A stretch of 64,000 nucleotides of DNA from Octopus sinensis. Its lineage: Eukaryota. Positions 25,119-40,300 of this stretch are shown piece after piece. Location of the stretch: NCBI RefSeq assembly GCF_006345805.1, contig NC_043004.1, positions 4,898,001 to 4,962,000 on the forward strand. The letters are read 5' to 3'. The notes beneath the pieces are model-generated. The model was not told the DNA's origin. It worked only from the letters and a program-made list of their open reading frames with translations, and did not search any database. Made by a program: the position numbers and the translations under genes. Numbering within the stretch: position 1 is the stretch's first letter; every line of letters begins with the position of its first letter.

Positions 25119-25429
25119 GAGAAGCAAGCTTCTTACCACACAGTCGCGTTGATTCTGTCAACATGTTTACAATCACAGAATGTTTGAAATTTACTCGTCT
25201 CTGACGATTTCACAATAAAACCTGAATATCTAATTTACATTATGTAACTAATGTGTTGATGCAGGGTAGGTTAAGTGGTGTAACTAAATATCTTATAAAC
25301 AATCTCTCATGTTTTTGTTTTATTCTCTACATGTACTCTGTGAAACATCCAAATCCCGGATTCATAAAAAATCATAAAAATACAATAACACGAATAGGAA
25401 TATATGTTTGACTCGACTCCATGCATCTT

Positions 25430-25817
25430 AAAAAAGGATGGGTGAATGTAGCAAGGATGGCACGTGTGAATGACGGAGCCAGCTTGGGCATAATCCTATG
25501 AACCAAAAACAAACGAAAGGAAAAAAGAGAGCCACTTGCTGTAATGTGTTTTCTTTTTGCATGGCACTATTGCCCAAGGTTCCCGTGGTCTTTTCCGTAG
25601 GCTTTTCTATCCGCGGATAAACCTAATCTGTTTTCCCTTTTTACATTGACATTTCTGTGATACAAGATCCCTATTGATCGTCTCCATTATTTTTTTCCCA
25701 ATCCCTTTTGATCGGAATTCAACCCACTTTTTTTCCTTCTCTTCTTCCCAAAAAGAAAAGCTCTACTTTATATTTTGTCCCTTCTGTGTTCAGCCCAGTG
25801 TGGCCAATAATGAAATA
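25430..25817 (+). mobile_element. LINE-like 3' fragment, clade uncertain
   Basis: Short C-terminal-like frame WVNVARMARVNDGASLGIIL*, pyrimidine-rich UTR, tail CCCTTCTGTGTTCAGCCCAGTGTGGCCAATAATGAAATA resembling the Deu/Nin-like SINE tail. Confidence 0.45.
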
Positions 25818-26454
25818 TATGTAGTACTTTTTTGTGTGTACAGCTAAATGTGTAAATGCAACTGGTGAATGTAAAGCTCAATACAAAATATGGTCATCGA
25901 GTCAAGTGGTGTGTTTCATCACTAAAGCGTTGGATCTGTGTCAATATAATATAATAAAGAACTGTTGTGAATCTGCATCTAACTGCACTATAAACATCCA
26001 CTGCACAGGATGTACATAGTTACACTAATGAAACGTGCGTAGGGAAAAACTGGTACAAACTACATATTGTGTTTAGCATACGTTTTCCTCTGCGCGTGTG
26101 TGTGTATGTGTGTGTTTGTGCTGTGTGTGCATGTGCGTGCGGCGAGCGTCCACGTATGTATGTTGGGATTTCCGGTTTTCCCGGAGGGCTTTTTATTTAC
26201 TTAAGTGACTATAAGGGTGTTTACATGTCGATCTTAATTTCACACATAAAAGTCATCCAAATAATTAACTGTTGATATTTCCACGTTATTCGTGCTTCAG
26301 ATACATTATTTTAAGCTGTGTAAATATGAATATGACAGACACAGAGCGAGAGAGAGAGAGAGAAAGAGAGTGGAGATGAGATAGATTCATATTCTCATAT
26401 ACATACACATATATAGACATATGTAAATACATATACATACATAAATATCTACAT

Positions 26455-26528
<74 letters not shown>

Positions 26529-26570
26529 GCGCACATTTATATGTGTGTGTGTGTGTGTCTGTGTGTGTGT

Positions 26571-26915
26571 GGAGGCGCAATGATCCAGTGGTTAGGGCAG
26601 CGGACTCGCGGTCGTAAGATCGCGGTTTCGATTCCCAGACCGGGCGTTGTGATTGTCTATAGAGCGAAAACACCTAAAGCTCCACGAGGCACCAGCAGGG
26701 GTTGGTGGCGAACCCTCCTGTACTCTTTCATCACAACTTTCTCTCACTCTTGGCCAGCCTTATCACACTCTGTGTCACGCTGAATCTCCCCGAGAACTAC
26801 GTTAAGTGTACATGTGTCCGTGGAGTGCTCAGCCACTTGCACGTTAATTTCACGAGCAGGCTGTTCCGTTGATCGGATCAACTGGTACCCTCGTCGTTGT
26901 AACCGACGGAGTGTC
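26571..26915 (+). mobile_element. tRNA-headed SINE (family C)
   Basis: GGAGGCGCAATGATCCAGTGGTTAGGGCAGCGGACTCGCGG...GGTTTCGATTCCC head; tail GTGGAGTGCTCAGCCACTTGCACG...GTAACCGACGGAGTG. Other copies 50826-51177(-), 51826-51955(+, partial). Confidence 0.8.
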
Positions 26916-26963
26916 ACGACACATATATATGTACGCACAACACACATATACATATATATATAC

Positions 26964-27040
<77 letters not shown>

Positions 27041-27060
27041 CAATCTGATTCCGTTCAGCT

Positions 27061-27141
27061 TAGGCTCGGAGAACGAACGTAGCACGTAAGGTAATGGGAG
27101 ATCTCCAAAGCCTGACGAGCTAGGTTCGTTCTACGATTCTA
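27061..27141. ncRNA. pri-miRNA-like stem-loop (candidate)
   Basis: 27061-27092 pairs with 27110-27141 in one register: 25 Watson-Crick pairs, 2 G-U, 5 single mismatches, 17-nt loop. No expression evidence. Confidence 0.35.
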
Positions 27142-28236
27142 CGATCCTTTAAGTTTCACGGAGCCGAGTCATACTGTTATTAAGCACATGTAATTCCTGC
27201 CAATTGCATTGAGTACCACTTACGTTTGTCCACTCATTCATATATGTGTCTGCGTGTGTGTATGTCTGTTTAATTTTTTAACACAAAACAATGCAAGTCG
27301 ATTAGTTAGGACCTCTTTTTTCCGGAAATCTCCGGAGAAGTAGTGTTGTGAGCTAACATCTCTGTTCTGTAATGTACGTATATGAAGGGCTGCTTTGAAT
27401 GCGCAGGAGAGCATTGCTATAGTATTCAATCAGCTGCGAACAGCTCGGTTCTGTTATTAATACGTGGATTCTCACCATTAAGGCGGTGAGCTGGCAGAAA
27501 CGTTAGCACACCGGGCGAAAGGCTTATCGATATTTCGTCTGCCGCTACGTTCTGAGTTCAAATTCCGCCGAGGTCGACTTTGCCTTTCATCCTTTCGGGG
27601 TTGATAAATTAAGTACCAGTTACGCACTGGGGTCGGTGTAATCAACTTAATCCGTTTGTCTGTCCTTGTTTGTCTCCTTTATGTTTAATCCCTTGTGGGC
27701 AATAAAGAAATAAGAAACGTTGGTATGCTAGACAAAATGCTTAGCAGTATTTGTCCAAATTTACATTATGAGTTCAAAATTCCGCCGAGGTCGACTTTGC
27801 TTTTCATCCTTAAGAGGTCGATAAAATACCAGTTAAGCACTGAGGTCGATAAAATACCAGTTAAGCACTGAGGTCGATGTAATCAACTTAACTCCCGCCT
27901 TCGGAATTGCTGCCCTTGTGCCAAAATTTGAGACCAATATGTGAGTTGTCCATAAGGCGCCGGAAAAAGTGTTTAGTGACATTTTTCCGAATTTACGTTC
28001 TGAGTTTGCATTCCACCAAGTCACAACCGCGCCTATCTTTATTGCTATTTTCAGTCTTGACAGTTCTTTGCAACTCTTTCGGAAAGATGTTTTCATTTTC
28101 TTGCTGAATTTTTTATTTTACTCCCTCTGGCTTTAATTATATCTGGTTAGTTCCCCGCCATCACCAACATCTCACCTCTGTATATACTGTGAGGACGCAT
28201 GTACCAAAACAATGGTTAATCTCCTATGCGAACGCA

Positions 28237-28272
<36 letters not shown>

Positions 28273-28800
28273 TATGTGTGTGTGTGTGCGTGTGTGTGTG
28301 GAGAGAGAGAGAAAAAAGACAGATAGACGAAGGCAGAAACACACAGAGATATGTATATATATGTGACTGTGTAGTAAGAAGTTTGCTTCTCAACTACATG
28401 GTTCCAGGTTCAGTCCCCCAGCGTGGCACCTTGGGCAAGTGTCTTCTGCTATAGCCTCAGGTGGACCAAAGCCTTGTACGTAGATTTGGTAGACAGAAAC
28501 TGAAAGAAGCCCGTCGTATACGTGTGTGTATGTCTTTGTGCCTGTGTTTGCTCCACTGTAGATTGACAACCAGTGTTGTGTTTACGTCCCCGTAATTAGC
28601 GGGTCGGCAAAAGAGACCGATATAATAAGTACTAGGCCTAAAATAAGTCCTAGAGTCGATTTGTTCGACTAAAACCCTTCAAGGCAGTGCTGCAGCATGG
28701 CCGCAGTCAAATAGCTGAAACAAGTACAAGATAAAAATAAAAGACATATTTATATGTGCATGCAAACAAACACACACACCCAGATACATACATACATACA

Positions 28801-28834
<34 letters not shown>

Positions 28835-28870
28835 CATACGCACACACACATACATTACATACACACATAA

Positions 28871-28901
<31 letters not shown>

Positions 28902-29390
28902 CATACATACATACATACATACATACATACATACATACATACATACATTTTGTAAAGGTCAGGAACCTTCACGCGATTAAATTTATATTAGGAAAATAGG
29001 TGAAAATGCTTTGAGGACTTTATCATTAAAAATAGAAAAATTTTACATTTTTACCAAAATAATCCATCAATTCGAATTGTTAAGACTTTTATTCATGCAA
29101 TAACTGAAGACGAAAGTAACCGGATTAAATTTATTTTTCGTGAGAGCAGTTTTAAGGTTCAATTATTTTTCATACAAAATTCACAAGGCATTGGTGGTTG
29201 GTCTCCCTCTGATGGCAGTCGGATCATAATTATAGTAGTCAGAGTAATACCAGTGATCCTTCTTATAGCAGCAGAAGTACTGCTCTATTGTCCCTTACTG
29301 GCGATGTCGGTATCAAGGAGCGGTTGGTAACGTTGCGAGAAGTCGTGATAGTAGTAGCTTATCAGCCTTCCCAGTAAAAGCAGCTGAAAC

Positions 29391-29391
<1 letters not shown>

Positions 29392-29459
<68 letters not shown>

Positions 29460-29460
29460 T
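29392..29460. repeat. (TAG)n microsatellite
   Basis: Directly visible. Confidence 0.95.
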
Positions 29461-30113
29461 CTTTTTCTTCTTCTTCTTCCAGCAGCAACAGTAGCAGTAG
29501 TAGCAGTAGTTGTATAAGTACAATTATCAGTAGCAATCATTTCTCTCATACAGTGGTCAGTAATTCATTATGAATGTCGTTCCTAAGTTGATGCAATGCT
29601 CTTATTATGTGCCACTGGCTAATTGTTACAAGAAGATCGTAAAAAATTTGGTTTTCTTCCTCCTGACACATGTGTCTGCATGTTCACTAAATCCTGTTTA
29701 TTTGTATTTTCTGTTCTGTAATATCTACAATATTATGTGTTGTCTTAAAGGCATCCCGGTTTGCCTAATGTAGATTTCTCCACATCCTGTGTATATTTCA
29801 TAGATTAGATTTTTTAAGGCCTAGGTTACTCTTTTACTTGTTTCAGTCACTTAACTGTAGCCATGCTGAAGCACCGCCTTTAGTCGAGAAAATCGACCCC
29901 AGGACTTATTCTTTGTAACCCTAGTGCTTATTCTATCGGTATATTTTGCCGAACCGCCAAGTTTCGGGGACGTACACAGACCACACAGCCACTCCTATTT
30001 TTATTTTGAAAAGTTCCCTTTGTTATAAACGGATCTCCGCTCCTACTGACAGATTTAAAACACTCCACAGTTAGATCTTGCGATTTTTTAATTTTAGGTC
30101 GTGTGAGTATCTG

Positions 30114-30144
<31 letters not shown>

Positions 30145-30155
30145 TGTGTGTGTGT

Positions 30156-30193
<38 letters not shown>

Positions 30194-31760
30194 CGCGTGT
30201 GTGTACATGGTGGCTGTGAACTCTTAAGCAAATATGACCATCTCTGGTGAATTATCTTATCTTAGATGTTAAACACAATAGCTATCAGCAATGCCGATGC
30301 TGAAATTTAAAGTCAATAACTAACTTTCAAAACACCGCTAAGATTCACATCTTCCAAGCCTAGTAATCCAGAAACAAGTAAGAACAAGATTTCCGGCTTC
30401 GCAATGAGGCAGGTTTTATTTCGGAATTTCCTTCTCCTTGAGAGATGCCTAAACGAAGAGTAACGGTCTCTCACTCCCAGGTGTTGGATAACCGTCGACC
30501 TGAGTTCATCCACCTTTTGACAGATTTTGTTTTTCGTCCTGCAGGGTGTCCAACAAAAGCCACCCTCCTTACAAATCAGGTCTGGTAGGGTTTAGTTGTC
30601 GACGGCCCGACCATAAGACATGTTGTACTGAGTTACATGTCACCAGTAGAAGAGTGGTCTGACATATGTATATACATGCATATTGCACACTATGTATATA
30701 CAGAAACTGTACATTGTGTATTATTATACCTCCTGTTTTCAGTGTCAATTTAGTATTGTTGGCAGAGTGTCTGACGCACACTAACAGACATTTTATTCTA
30801 CCAGTTACGAGTATCCTGTTTCACACGATCAATTGTTTTTATGTGATCTCACAGTCTACAGTTATCTGCGATCACTTTTTTAAAATATTTTAAAATCTAA
30901 TTTGCGGTTCTGCACTCATATACATATATGAATACTACCTTTGATTACCGCTTTTCTAAAGATAAGAACTTAGGGATTAACGTCGCAGAGAATTAATTCT
31001 TGCATGGTATTAAATTAGGTATTAGTATATCGACGTTGCTTCAGATCCCAAATAAATTTCCCTAGTATCGTAGCTGTTGGGTTCCGCTCTGGTCTACGCT
31101 TTTATGGGGTTGCATTTGGGAGTCTGCTGTACAGGTCTATGGGAAAGGAGGGGCGGGAAACCCAAGGGCTGCCTTAAGCGGCACTCATTCTAGCTCATCA
31201 AGTTTCTTACTAGTCTAGAGTCACTTGGTGTGCTAACTTAGTAACCTGGACTGAAGAAAAGAGCCCCAATGATTTTTTTCTAGGAATGTGTACGCTCCGG
31301 GTTTTTATAATTGCACGTGGTTGTACAAAGCTCACTTTGTTTGGCAGATTTTTGAAGTTGGCACATTCCTGTCGTAACTTTCTTTTATATTTTCCGAAAA
31401 TTTCTGCATATGGACTATAGTTTTGTCCCCTCTGTGTTAACCCCCTGTAGGAAATAAAGAAATAAATATTACAATAAATAAAGCGGCGAGCCGGACAAAA
31501 TGCTTAGCGGTATTTCGTCTGTCTTCATGTTCTGAGTTCAAATTCCGTCGAGGTCGACTTTGCCTTTCATCCTTTCTGGGTCGATAAACTAAGTACCAGT
31601 TGGGCACTGGGGTCGATGTAATCGACTTACCCTTTCGTCCGAAATTACTGGCCTTGTGCCAAAATTTGTAACCAGCATTACCAATAAATTTTACTCTACT
31701 AAATATAGAGGGACTCACCATGAGTAAAAGTATTGTTGTTCTCTACAAGGTGATCAGCAT

Positions 31761-31799
31761 ATACCAAATAAAATACACACACGTCTGTGTGAGTGAGTG

Positions 31800-31836
<37 letters not shown>

Positions 31837-31924
31837 TTATATGTGTTTGTTTTGATGAGTGTGTATGATATTTAACGTTACACATACCAAATAAAATACA
31901 CACACGTCTGTGTGAGTGAGTGTG

Positions 31925-31992
<68 letters not shown>

Positions 31993-32036
31993 TATGTGTT
32001 TGTTTTGATGAGTGTGTATGATATTTAACGTTACAC
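31761..32036. repeat. tandem duplication of a ~123-bp unit containing (TA)n(TG)n
   Basis: ATACCAAATAAAATACACACACGTCTG...GATATTTAACGTTACAC at 31761-31883 and 31884-32036; microsatellite lengths differ between copies. Confidence 0.85.
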
Positions 32037-32739
32037 TGATATTGAACTTACTTGCTTCAAGTAGTCAAAAATTACAGCGATGTACGAATTGCTCGCATCG
32101 TAACATTACAACTATCACGTGTATATTCTATTTCTATAACTAATTCAAATACTTCTTCAGAGATATTACAGACAGTAAATTGCATTCAATGATTACATTC
32201 AATGTACTCTTAGTTTATAGTGTCAGATTTATTATAACAGACACCTAATATAGAACACGTTATTATATTCATTACAGCATCAATCTTCTCATCCGCTAAT
32301 GTGATCGTCAGAAGAAAGAGATTTCCATTGAACTAGACATACAAAATGATAGAAAACATAAAAATGCAGTTTGTTTACTTTTGTTTTTATTTTGTGTGTG
32401 CTTCTTTATTCTTTATTTTTGTTTTGTAAGTGGAAATAAAAAGTATTTTAGAACCATCGAGTGATGATGTCGATTGCTTATTCATTGGTTTAATTGAACA
32501 GATTGATGTAATTTTTATGATCTTTTTTATTAAGTTGGCTGTCAAAGAAAGCTAGAATATAAATATCATAAATATAAATAAATAATAATGCTTTCGAATT
32601 TTAGCACAAGGCCAGCAATTTCGCAGGAGGTGGGTAAGGCAGTTTACGGCAACTCCCAGTGCTCAACTGGTACTTATTTTATCAACCTCGAAATTGTGAA
32701 AAGCAAAGTCGTCTCGTGGGTCTTTGCAATGGCAAGAAC

Positions 32740-32806
<67 letters not shown>

Positions 32807-32809
32807 CGT

Positions 32810-32881
<72 letters not shown>

Positions 32882-33094
32882 AATACAATTTACTTTACAA
32901 ATTTCGTCCTTCATCTGGTACAGCTTATTACAGATATTTTCAGCCATTCAATTTAGGGGAGAACTTAGTTATGAAATATTTTTCCAAGATCTTAAATTTT
33001 CCTTCTCCACATGTATCTAGGTGTTTACTCAGTGGTATCTTGCGCAGTTCCTCTTATCGGACATGCTGTCGGTGAATTCTGGCTCGTTGGCCAG

Positions 33095-33224
<130 letters not shown>

Positions 33225-34573
33225 CATACAGGAGTGGCTGTGTGGTAAGTAGCTTGTTTACCAACCACATGGTTCCGGGTTCAGTCCCACTGCGTGGCAC
33301 CTTGGGCAAGTGTCTTCTACTATAGCCTCGGGCCGACCAAAGCCTTGTGAGTGGATTTGGTAGACAGAAACTGAAAAGAAGCCCGTCGTATATATGTATA
33401 TATGTGTGTGTGTTTCTGTGTCTGTGTTTATCCCCCTAGCATTGCTTGACAACCGATGCTGGTGTGTTTATGTCCCCGTTACTTAGTGGTTCGGCAAAAA
33501 GTGACCGATAGAATAAGTACTGGGCTTACAAAAGAATAAGTCCCGGGGTCGAGTTGCTCGATTAAAGGAGGTGCTCCAGCATGGCCGCAGTCAAAATGAC
33601 TGAAACAAGTTAAGAGAGTAAAGAGAGTACATATATTTCGTATGTGTGTGTATGTGTGTGTGTGTATTTATGTATGTATTCGGCTCTGCAGAATGTTAAT
33701 AAATGACATTTAATTGTCTGTACAAAGCAATGATGGAACCAACACATAGATGCTCAACCTGCAAGAAATAATAGCCAAATCTCACTCAAATCAAACGCTG
33801 ACCATCTTAAAAAAAGAATATTCACAAGTTACTGTGACCGTACAAATGCTGAAAAGAAAAACGAAGACGTGTTGGTCATGGCTGGAATTCTTTTGATTAA
33901 TGGCTTACTCTATCAAGCTTGACTTAAAACTCAACAAAACCAAATGTATGCTGTTTACATGGTGAGACTGTTGGGAACGGAAATTTTACCGCCATCGCTA
34001 TTATAATTTTCTTAAATGTAACCTAGAATAATTTTCTCAACGTACCGACAGATTTTTTTAATGTTTGGTTAATTTGTGGGTGGAGTTTGTAACAAATATT
34101 ACAAACTAGCTTGAAAATTTCAACTTCAAGTTAAAAGAACTTACTAACCTTTAATGTCATGAGAAATGGTAACATTTTCTTTCAAATATACTTAAAACCC
34201 AGATGACAAGTGTAAAAGCGAATAATTTTCTTCGTTAAAACTGATCGAATACATTTTGAGGTCTTTTATAAATGTCATTTACGATGTCGAAATATTTTTT
34301 TTTAAATCACTGTGTATTTTTTTAAGCTTAAATTCCAAATAGGAAGGTGGAAAAGGAAGATAATAAGTGAAAACTTTAAAACTAATTGAAATTTGAACAC
34401 GAAACAAAATTCACTAAAACATTTCTTAAAAGAAAAATCGAATCTGTAAAAAAAATGTACACTTTTTTTTTTCCCCACTTCGGTTTATGAAAGGACTTAC
34501 AGTGAATCATTTTGAAATTATTAAAAATTGAAAGAAGTTGAATGGAATTTTCTAACCGTGTATACACACAGAG

Positions 34574-34623
<50 letters not shown>

Positions 34624-35164
34624 AAGCACACACGTGAATACGCATGCACACACGCGCGCGCGCGCACGCACACATAATATATAAGCATTGTGAAGCGTGA
34701 CACGTAACAAAAGTTGAGGCTCAATACTAGATTTCACACTCCACTCCTGTACCCGGTACGACTCGGGACATCAAACCACAGGATAGGCAAATGTGCGAAA
34801 TACGAGCCAAGTAACACCCCAACTAAACTGAGCCACTGAAGTTGTTGATACTTTGCGGAGCGGGAATATACACTCAGCATATGATGCCATTCTTTGTATT
34901 TTTTGCTCAATACTGAAGAGATAAACTAACAAAATTATGCAAAAGTTTCAAAGAGCAATTATGTAATACCGGTAGTCATTTTGTGAAACGTGTGTGTATT
35001 TTACACTGAACAAAATACCATATACGATGTTTTATTTTATTATACACACGCACATGTGTGTGTGTATGTAAAATGTACGTATGTATTCATCTATGTATGT
35101 ATATATACATATACGTAGATACATAATTATATGTATATTTATAAACGTATATAAATATGTGTGT

Positions 35165-35258
<94 letters not shown>
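35165..35258. repeat. (GATA)n microsatellite
   Basis: Directly visible; another at ~58680-58730. Confidence 0.97.
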
Positions 35259-36944
35259 GCATATTAAAAATGTGACACAAGGAGACAAAGGAACGAGAGA
35301 AAAACAGGAAAACTACATACGCAATAGACGTGGACAAATTCAATCCCTCATCAGTTATCGGCTTAATACTTGTATATGTATGTGAGAGACTAGTCGTATG
35401 TTAAAATACTTTATACAGTATTGAGAGAAGAAAAGTTTATTGAGCAGTATTGTTTTAATTTTTAGAAAAACTTTGCCGTAGATTATTGGTTTAAAATCCT
35501 GTAATTGAAAATTCCTATTCTCCATGAGACAGAAGTCACAAACGTTCTTTCCTTGTGAATAAGAAAATGTGTGTTCAGAATTATAGATCTGTGTCTTTAA
35601 TTCGGTTATCCTTTTAGCATTCAAATTTCAAATGTATTTGGATATGGCCATGACATATAGACTTTCAGGATTGTTAAAAGCATGAATATCTTATTTTGAA
35701 AGAATTCTTAGTAACCTAGGTGTAGGATTTCGAGGTGATAAATTTGGACACTTACCATTAGGGGGATAAGATGTCGGAATGTTACAATTGCATAAAAGAG
35801 AAAATGAACAACTGCGCTCTCCTCTCCCTTGTAACTAAGCAATAAAAAAAAATAAATGATACTATGATACCAAATGGTACCAGTTTCCTCTGGAGCTGTA
35901 CACGTGACCTTTCCCTCTTTTTCTACATTTGCTAAGCGTCAACACTCCACACACACACACATACACAAATACCGAGATTCTGTACTCAATGTTCTGCCCA
36001 ATCATTGCTCCCACACAATTCCCTTCAAGTTCACATTTTTTCCTGCAGCTATCGACCTCCAGCTGAACAACAAGCTTAAAATCAACATCAGCAATCTCAC
36101 CAATATTGTTGGGAGTGTCTGAAAAAAATCCCGTCAGCCATATCTGAGGTCATGAAATTTGAAAGCCTATTCAATATAATTCTGATCAAATGTTTTGCCA
36201 TTGAGCCAATATGTTTCTATTGTAAAAATCTTGTTAAATACTTTATTTGGTTTAAGAAAATACAATGAATGTTATTTCACATGAATAAGCCATTTTAAAA
36301 TACTAAACAGCAATTAGGGTAGACAAACAAAGGATAAGCTACTGCATTACAATTTGTCAAATGAAATTATAGTTCCAGACATTCTTTATAGTAAGGGATA
36401 TCTTTCTTTTTATTGTTTACTTTTCTATTGTTTTTATGCTAAATTACCGGTAATTTGTTGAAACAAAACATCTTCAACATAGCAAAAAATGAGACGTAGC
36501 CGTAATAAAATAATGACTTTAGAAATTTGGCTTAGTGACAAAAATGGAAAAGACATACGAATATAATAGAGAGATTACTGATTTAAAGGAAATTACCGAT
36601 TCGATTCTCTTGAAAAAGCTTTACAGAAAACGTGGCAGTATTTGATAGTAACTGTTGTTCTCTGCAAGTAAAGAGAAGTTTGATAAAACTTGGATTTGTT
36701 ACTAAAAGTAACATGAATTCATAGTTTATAAAATAACATTATTTTCTTACATGTAACGAATATCATCTTTAAATGTATAAAAAAAAATTCATATCAGAAA
36801 AAATAATTGAGGGAAATATAAGTAACAATCTTCTCGTCTGCTTTTGTTTGCAAATATTTAAAATATGTATAACAATTCACATATTTATCAATTTCAATGA
36901 ATTTCAAAGTAGTTATTGCTTACATAACTTCAAACACACACACG

Positions 36945-37074
<130 letters not shown>

Positions 37075-37086
37075 CATATATATATG

Positions 37087-37117
<31 letters not shown>

Positions 37118-37266
37118 ATGTATATATATAAATATGTATGTACGTATGTATGTATGTATGTATGTATGTATGAATGTCTATGTATATATGTGTATATATA
37201 TATACACACATACATATATATATACACATACATATATATACATGCACACACACACACTCACACACA

Positions 37267-37309
<43 letters not shown>

Positions 37310-40300
37310 TGAATAATCACATAAAATAATAAATTCTAATTCTCTATTGAACGCTAGATTTCTCCAGAGTTAGACTTCTACTGATAAGAATAAAAAGATA
37401 AGCTAGTAATACATTTATTTAACTTTTCATATTGTTTCTACGAACTTCTCACCATAGAACTAGCGTATATCCAAAAATCTTCTGCCGTTTTAACAACCGG
37501 TGTTTGAATGTCAAATATGGTGACACTGAGGTGTGTGGCTTAGAGCTTAGGGTACACTTTATTCCGCGTTGCTCCAGTCCACTCAACTGGCAAAAATGAT
37601 TGTATCTGTAATTTAAAGGGCCAGCCTTGTCACATTCTGTGTTACGTTGAATCTCCTTGAGAGCTACGTTAAAGGTACGCGTGTCTATTTGTGGAGTGCC
37701 CAGCCACTTGTACGTTAATTTCACGAGCAGGATGTTTCGTTGATCGGACCAACTGGAACACTCATCGTCAATGGATTTTCTGTTTTGTTTTTCTTGCTGA
37801 GACTGGAAATCGGTTACAATTCCTGCAAATCTGATATTTCAGTTCTTTATTCATTATGAATGATGTTGTTATTATTCTCCTGAGTCCACGACATTGTTTC
37901 CGTCCGTAGCCTAATTCCACAGAGTTCGTCGCCATTTATATTCCAAAAGAAAAGATTATTCTTCTTCGCCATCTTCCACCTTGTTCCACATTTATGTGCT
38001 TACCCTGGTATATATAAGACGGATTTGTATCAGTTTTAATCTACCAAACCCGCCGACAAGGATTTGATCGGTCTAAGGTTATAATAGAAAACACTTGCCC
38101 AAGGTATCTCGCAGTGGGGCTGAACCCAGAGCTATGTGGTTTGGAAGCAAAATTCTTACCACACAACCATACCTGTGCCTGTATCTAATTTTGTCTAGTT
38201 GTCTGTAAAAACAAATCTCTATAAAAGTTTGAGTTTGTGATCTGGATGTAGTTTAAGATTTTAGGCATTTATGCAACTGAAAAAGTTATACAGGTCACAA
38301 TTGCTGATTTACTTGCCATCTACAAATATGAGATTTTATGTTAGAGAAATCGCATAGACCATAACCAAACTCCTTCGTAATATACAGTTTTTTTGTTGTT
38401 TTTGTATGTTTAGCCTTAGGGTAGTTCTGATTGAGCAGCCTTGACTGTCTAGTCCATCTCTTGAGTCTTGCACATCTAGGACAACATTATCCAATGCGTA
38501 CTTCCCAGAACAATTTTGTAGAATGTAATTTCAGTAGATTTTGCTACTATTTCCAGCTGGTTTAGAGATTTGTTCAGTAGTTCGTTTTGAAACACAGTTG
38601 CTCACTCACGACAGTCTGCGTAACCTTTTTCTTGTTTTTGGTAACAATATCCGATCGCTTTGCTTTGACTGTTTTAGTCACTGTTCGCTATGGCGTTCCG
38701 TTACTTGACACAGGTTTTACTTTAATCAACCTCGATAAGATTTGAATTCAAAATATGAAGATACATAACAAAATACCGCATCAGTTTGCCACTTCACGAC
38801 CCCAGTGCTCAACTGGTACTTATTTTTTTATTGGTCCCGAAATGATGTAGGGCTAGGTCGACCCTGGCGGAATTTAAACTCAGCACATAAAGACGGACGA
38901 AATACTGCTAACAATTCTGCCAGTTCGCTGCCTTCAACTGCCTCCTTTAAAAAATTGATTTAGGTTTTGTTACAAGGTCAGTAATTTCGGTGGGTGGGGA
39001 AGTAAGTCGATTACATCGTCCCCCAGAACTCAAGTGGTACTTATTTTATAGATCCTCATAAGGGTGGGGGAGTGCAGAGCAGACGTCAGCGGAATTTGAA
39101 CTCTGAACACAAACACAGACGAAATGCCAGGAAACAATTAACCCGGCGTGTTAACGATCTTGCCAGATAGCCGCGTTCGTCTGCCCTATAAAATTTTAGC
39201 GTATTTGCAGAGTTGCAAAACGAAAATTTGCTACACTTTACGGAAAGCAATTGAAGCTACTTCCTGAAGTCAAATGAAAATCAAAAATGATACATTCTAA
39301 ATTTCAGTGAGGAAATTAATACATACATCAATGTAGGTTTCTAAGCATATAGTTATTATAAAATACAGAAAATAAATACATTCATTAGTCAGTAACTGCT
39401 GAATTTGATACAATAGTTTGACTTTGCTCGTATAATAGGCAATTAATGATATTCAGATGCAATGCTTGTCTCATTGATCTCCAATTGATAATAAAAAAAA
39501 TTGCTAGGCTATTGCATTATTAATGATTCTTTGTGTGGTCTTACATTAAGAAATATATCTTGATATGTTTTCCCTGATTTCACTTAACTAACCAACGGGT
39601 TAGGAATGCTGACATATATTGCAAGAGAAGAGAAGAGAAAAATATATATATTCGAAAACTGAGCCAGAGTTAATGGAGGCTAAAACTGTAGACTGAGATG
39701 AAATGATATGAGAATGAATTCGTGTAATCTAAGTGACTGAAAAACGTTAGATATGCAGACTGGTGGATAAAAATGTTTGGATAGCACTAATGATTTTGCT
39801 TTCATACATGTATGTCGGAAAGTCAGTATGGGCTTTCAGAAGAATATGCAGAAACTTGTTAAAGAGTCCATACTTCTGTATATCGGTAATTACTGATAGA
39901 CCGCAGGCAGGAAATATGAACGCTATACAAACAAGTTCAATCAGAAATTGGAATTACGAATTATGTCACAAACACAGAAGCTTACATCCACTAAAAGGTG
40001 AACCAATGGAGGAAAGTCTATGTGGTTGTTCGGTCTGCTAGAAATAGCAGTGAAATTTTCCTTAGATTATATCACCTTAAAAACGGACATAAGAAAAAAG
40101 CAGGTACTGTCTGGAGTATTAGGACTCGTAGGGCCAATTACCTGGCTTCCACGGAGTACAAGTGACCGAGATTATAACATTACCTCTGAACGGGACGCCA
40201 ATCCATCACAGGGTGACCCATTTAAAGCTGAGTGGACTGGAGCAACGTGAAATGAGGTGTTTTACTCAGGAGCACAATTCACCGCCCAATCCGGGAATCG

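Noticed and set aside
26571-26645. Possible tRNA genes at SINE heads (also 50457, 55905, 13655)
   Set aside because: They continue into SINE bodies, lack a complete cloverleaf acceptor stem, and recur as dispersed repeats.
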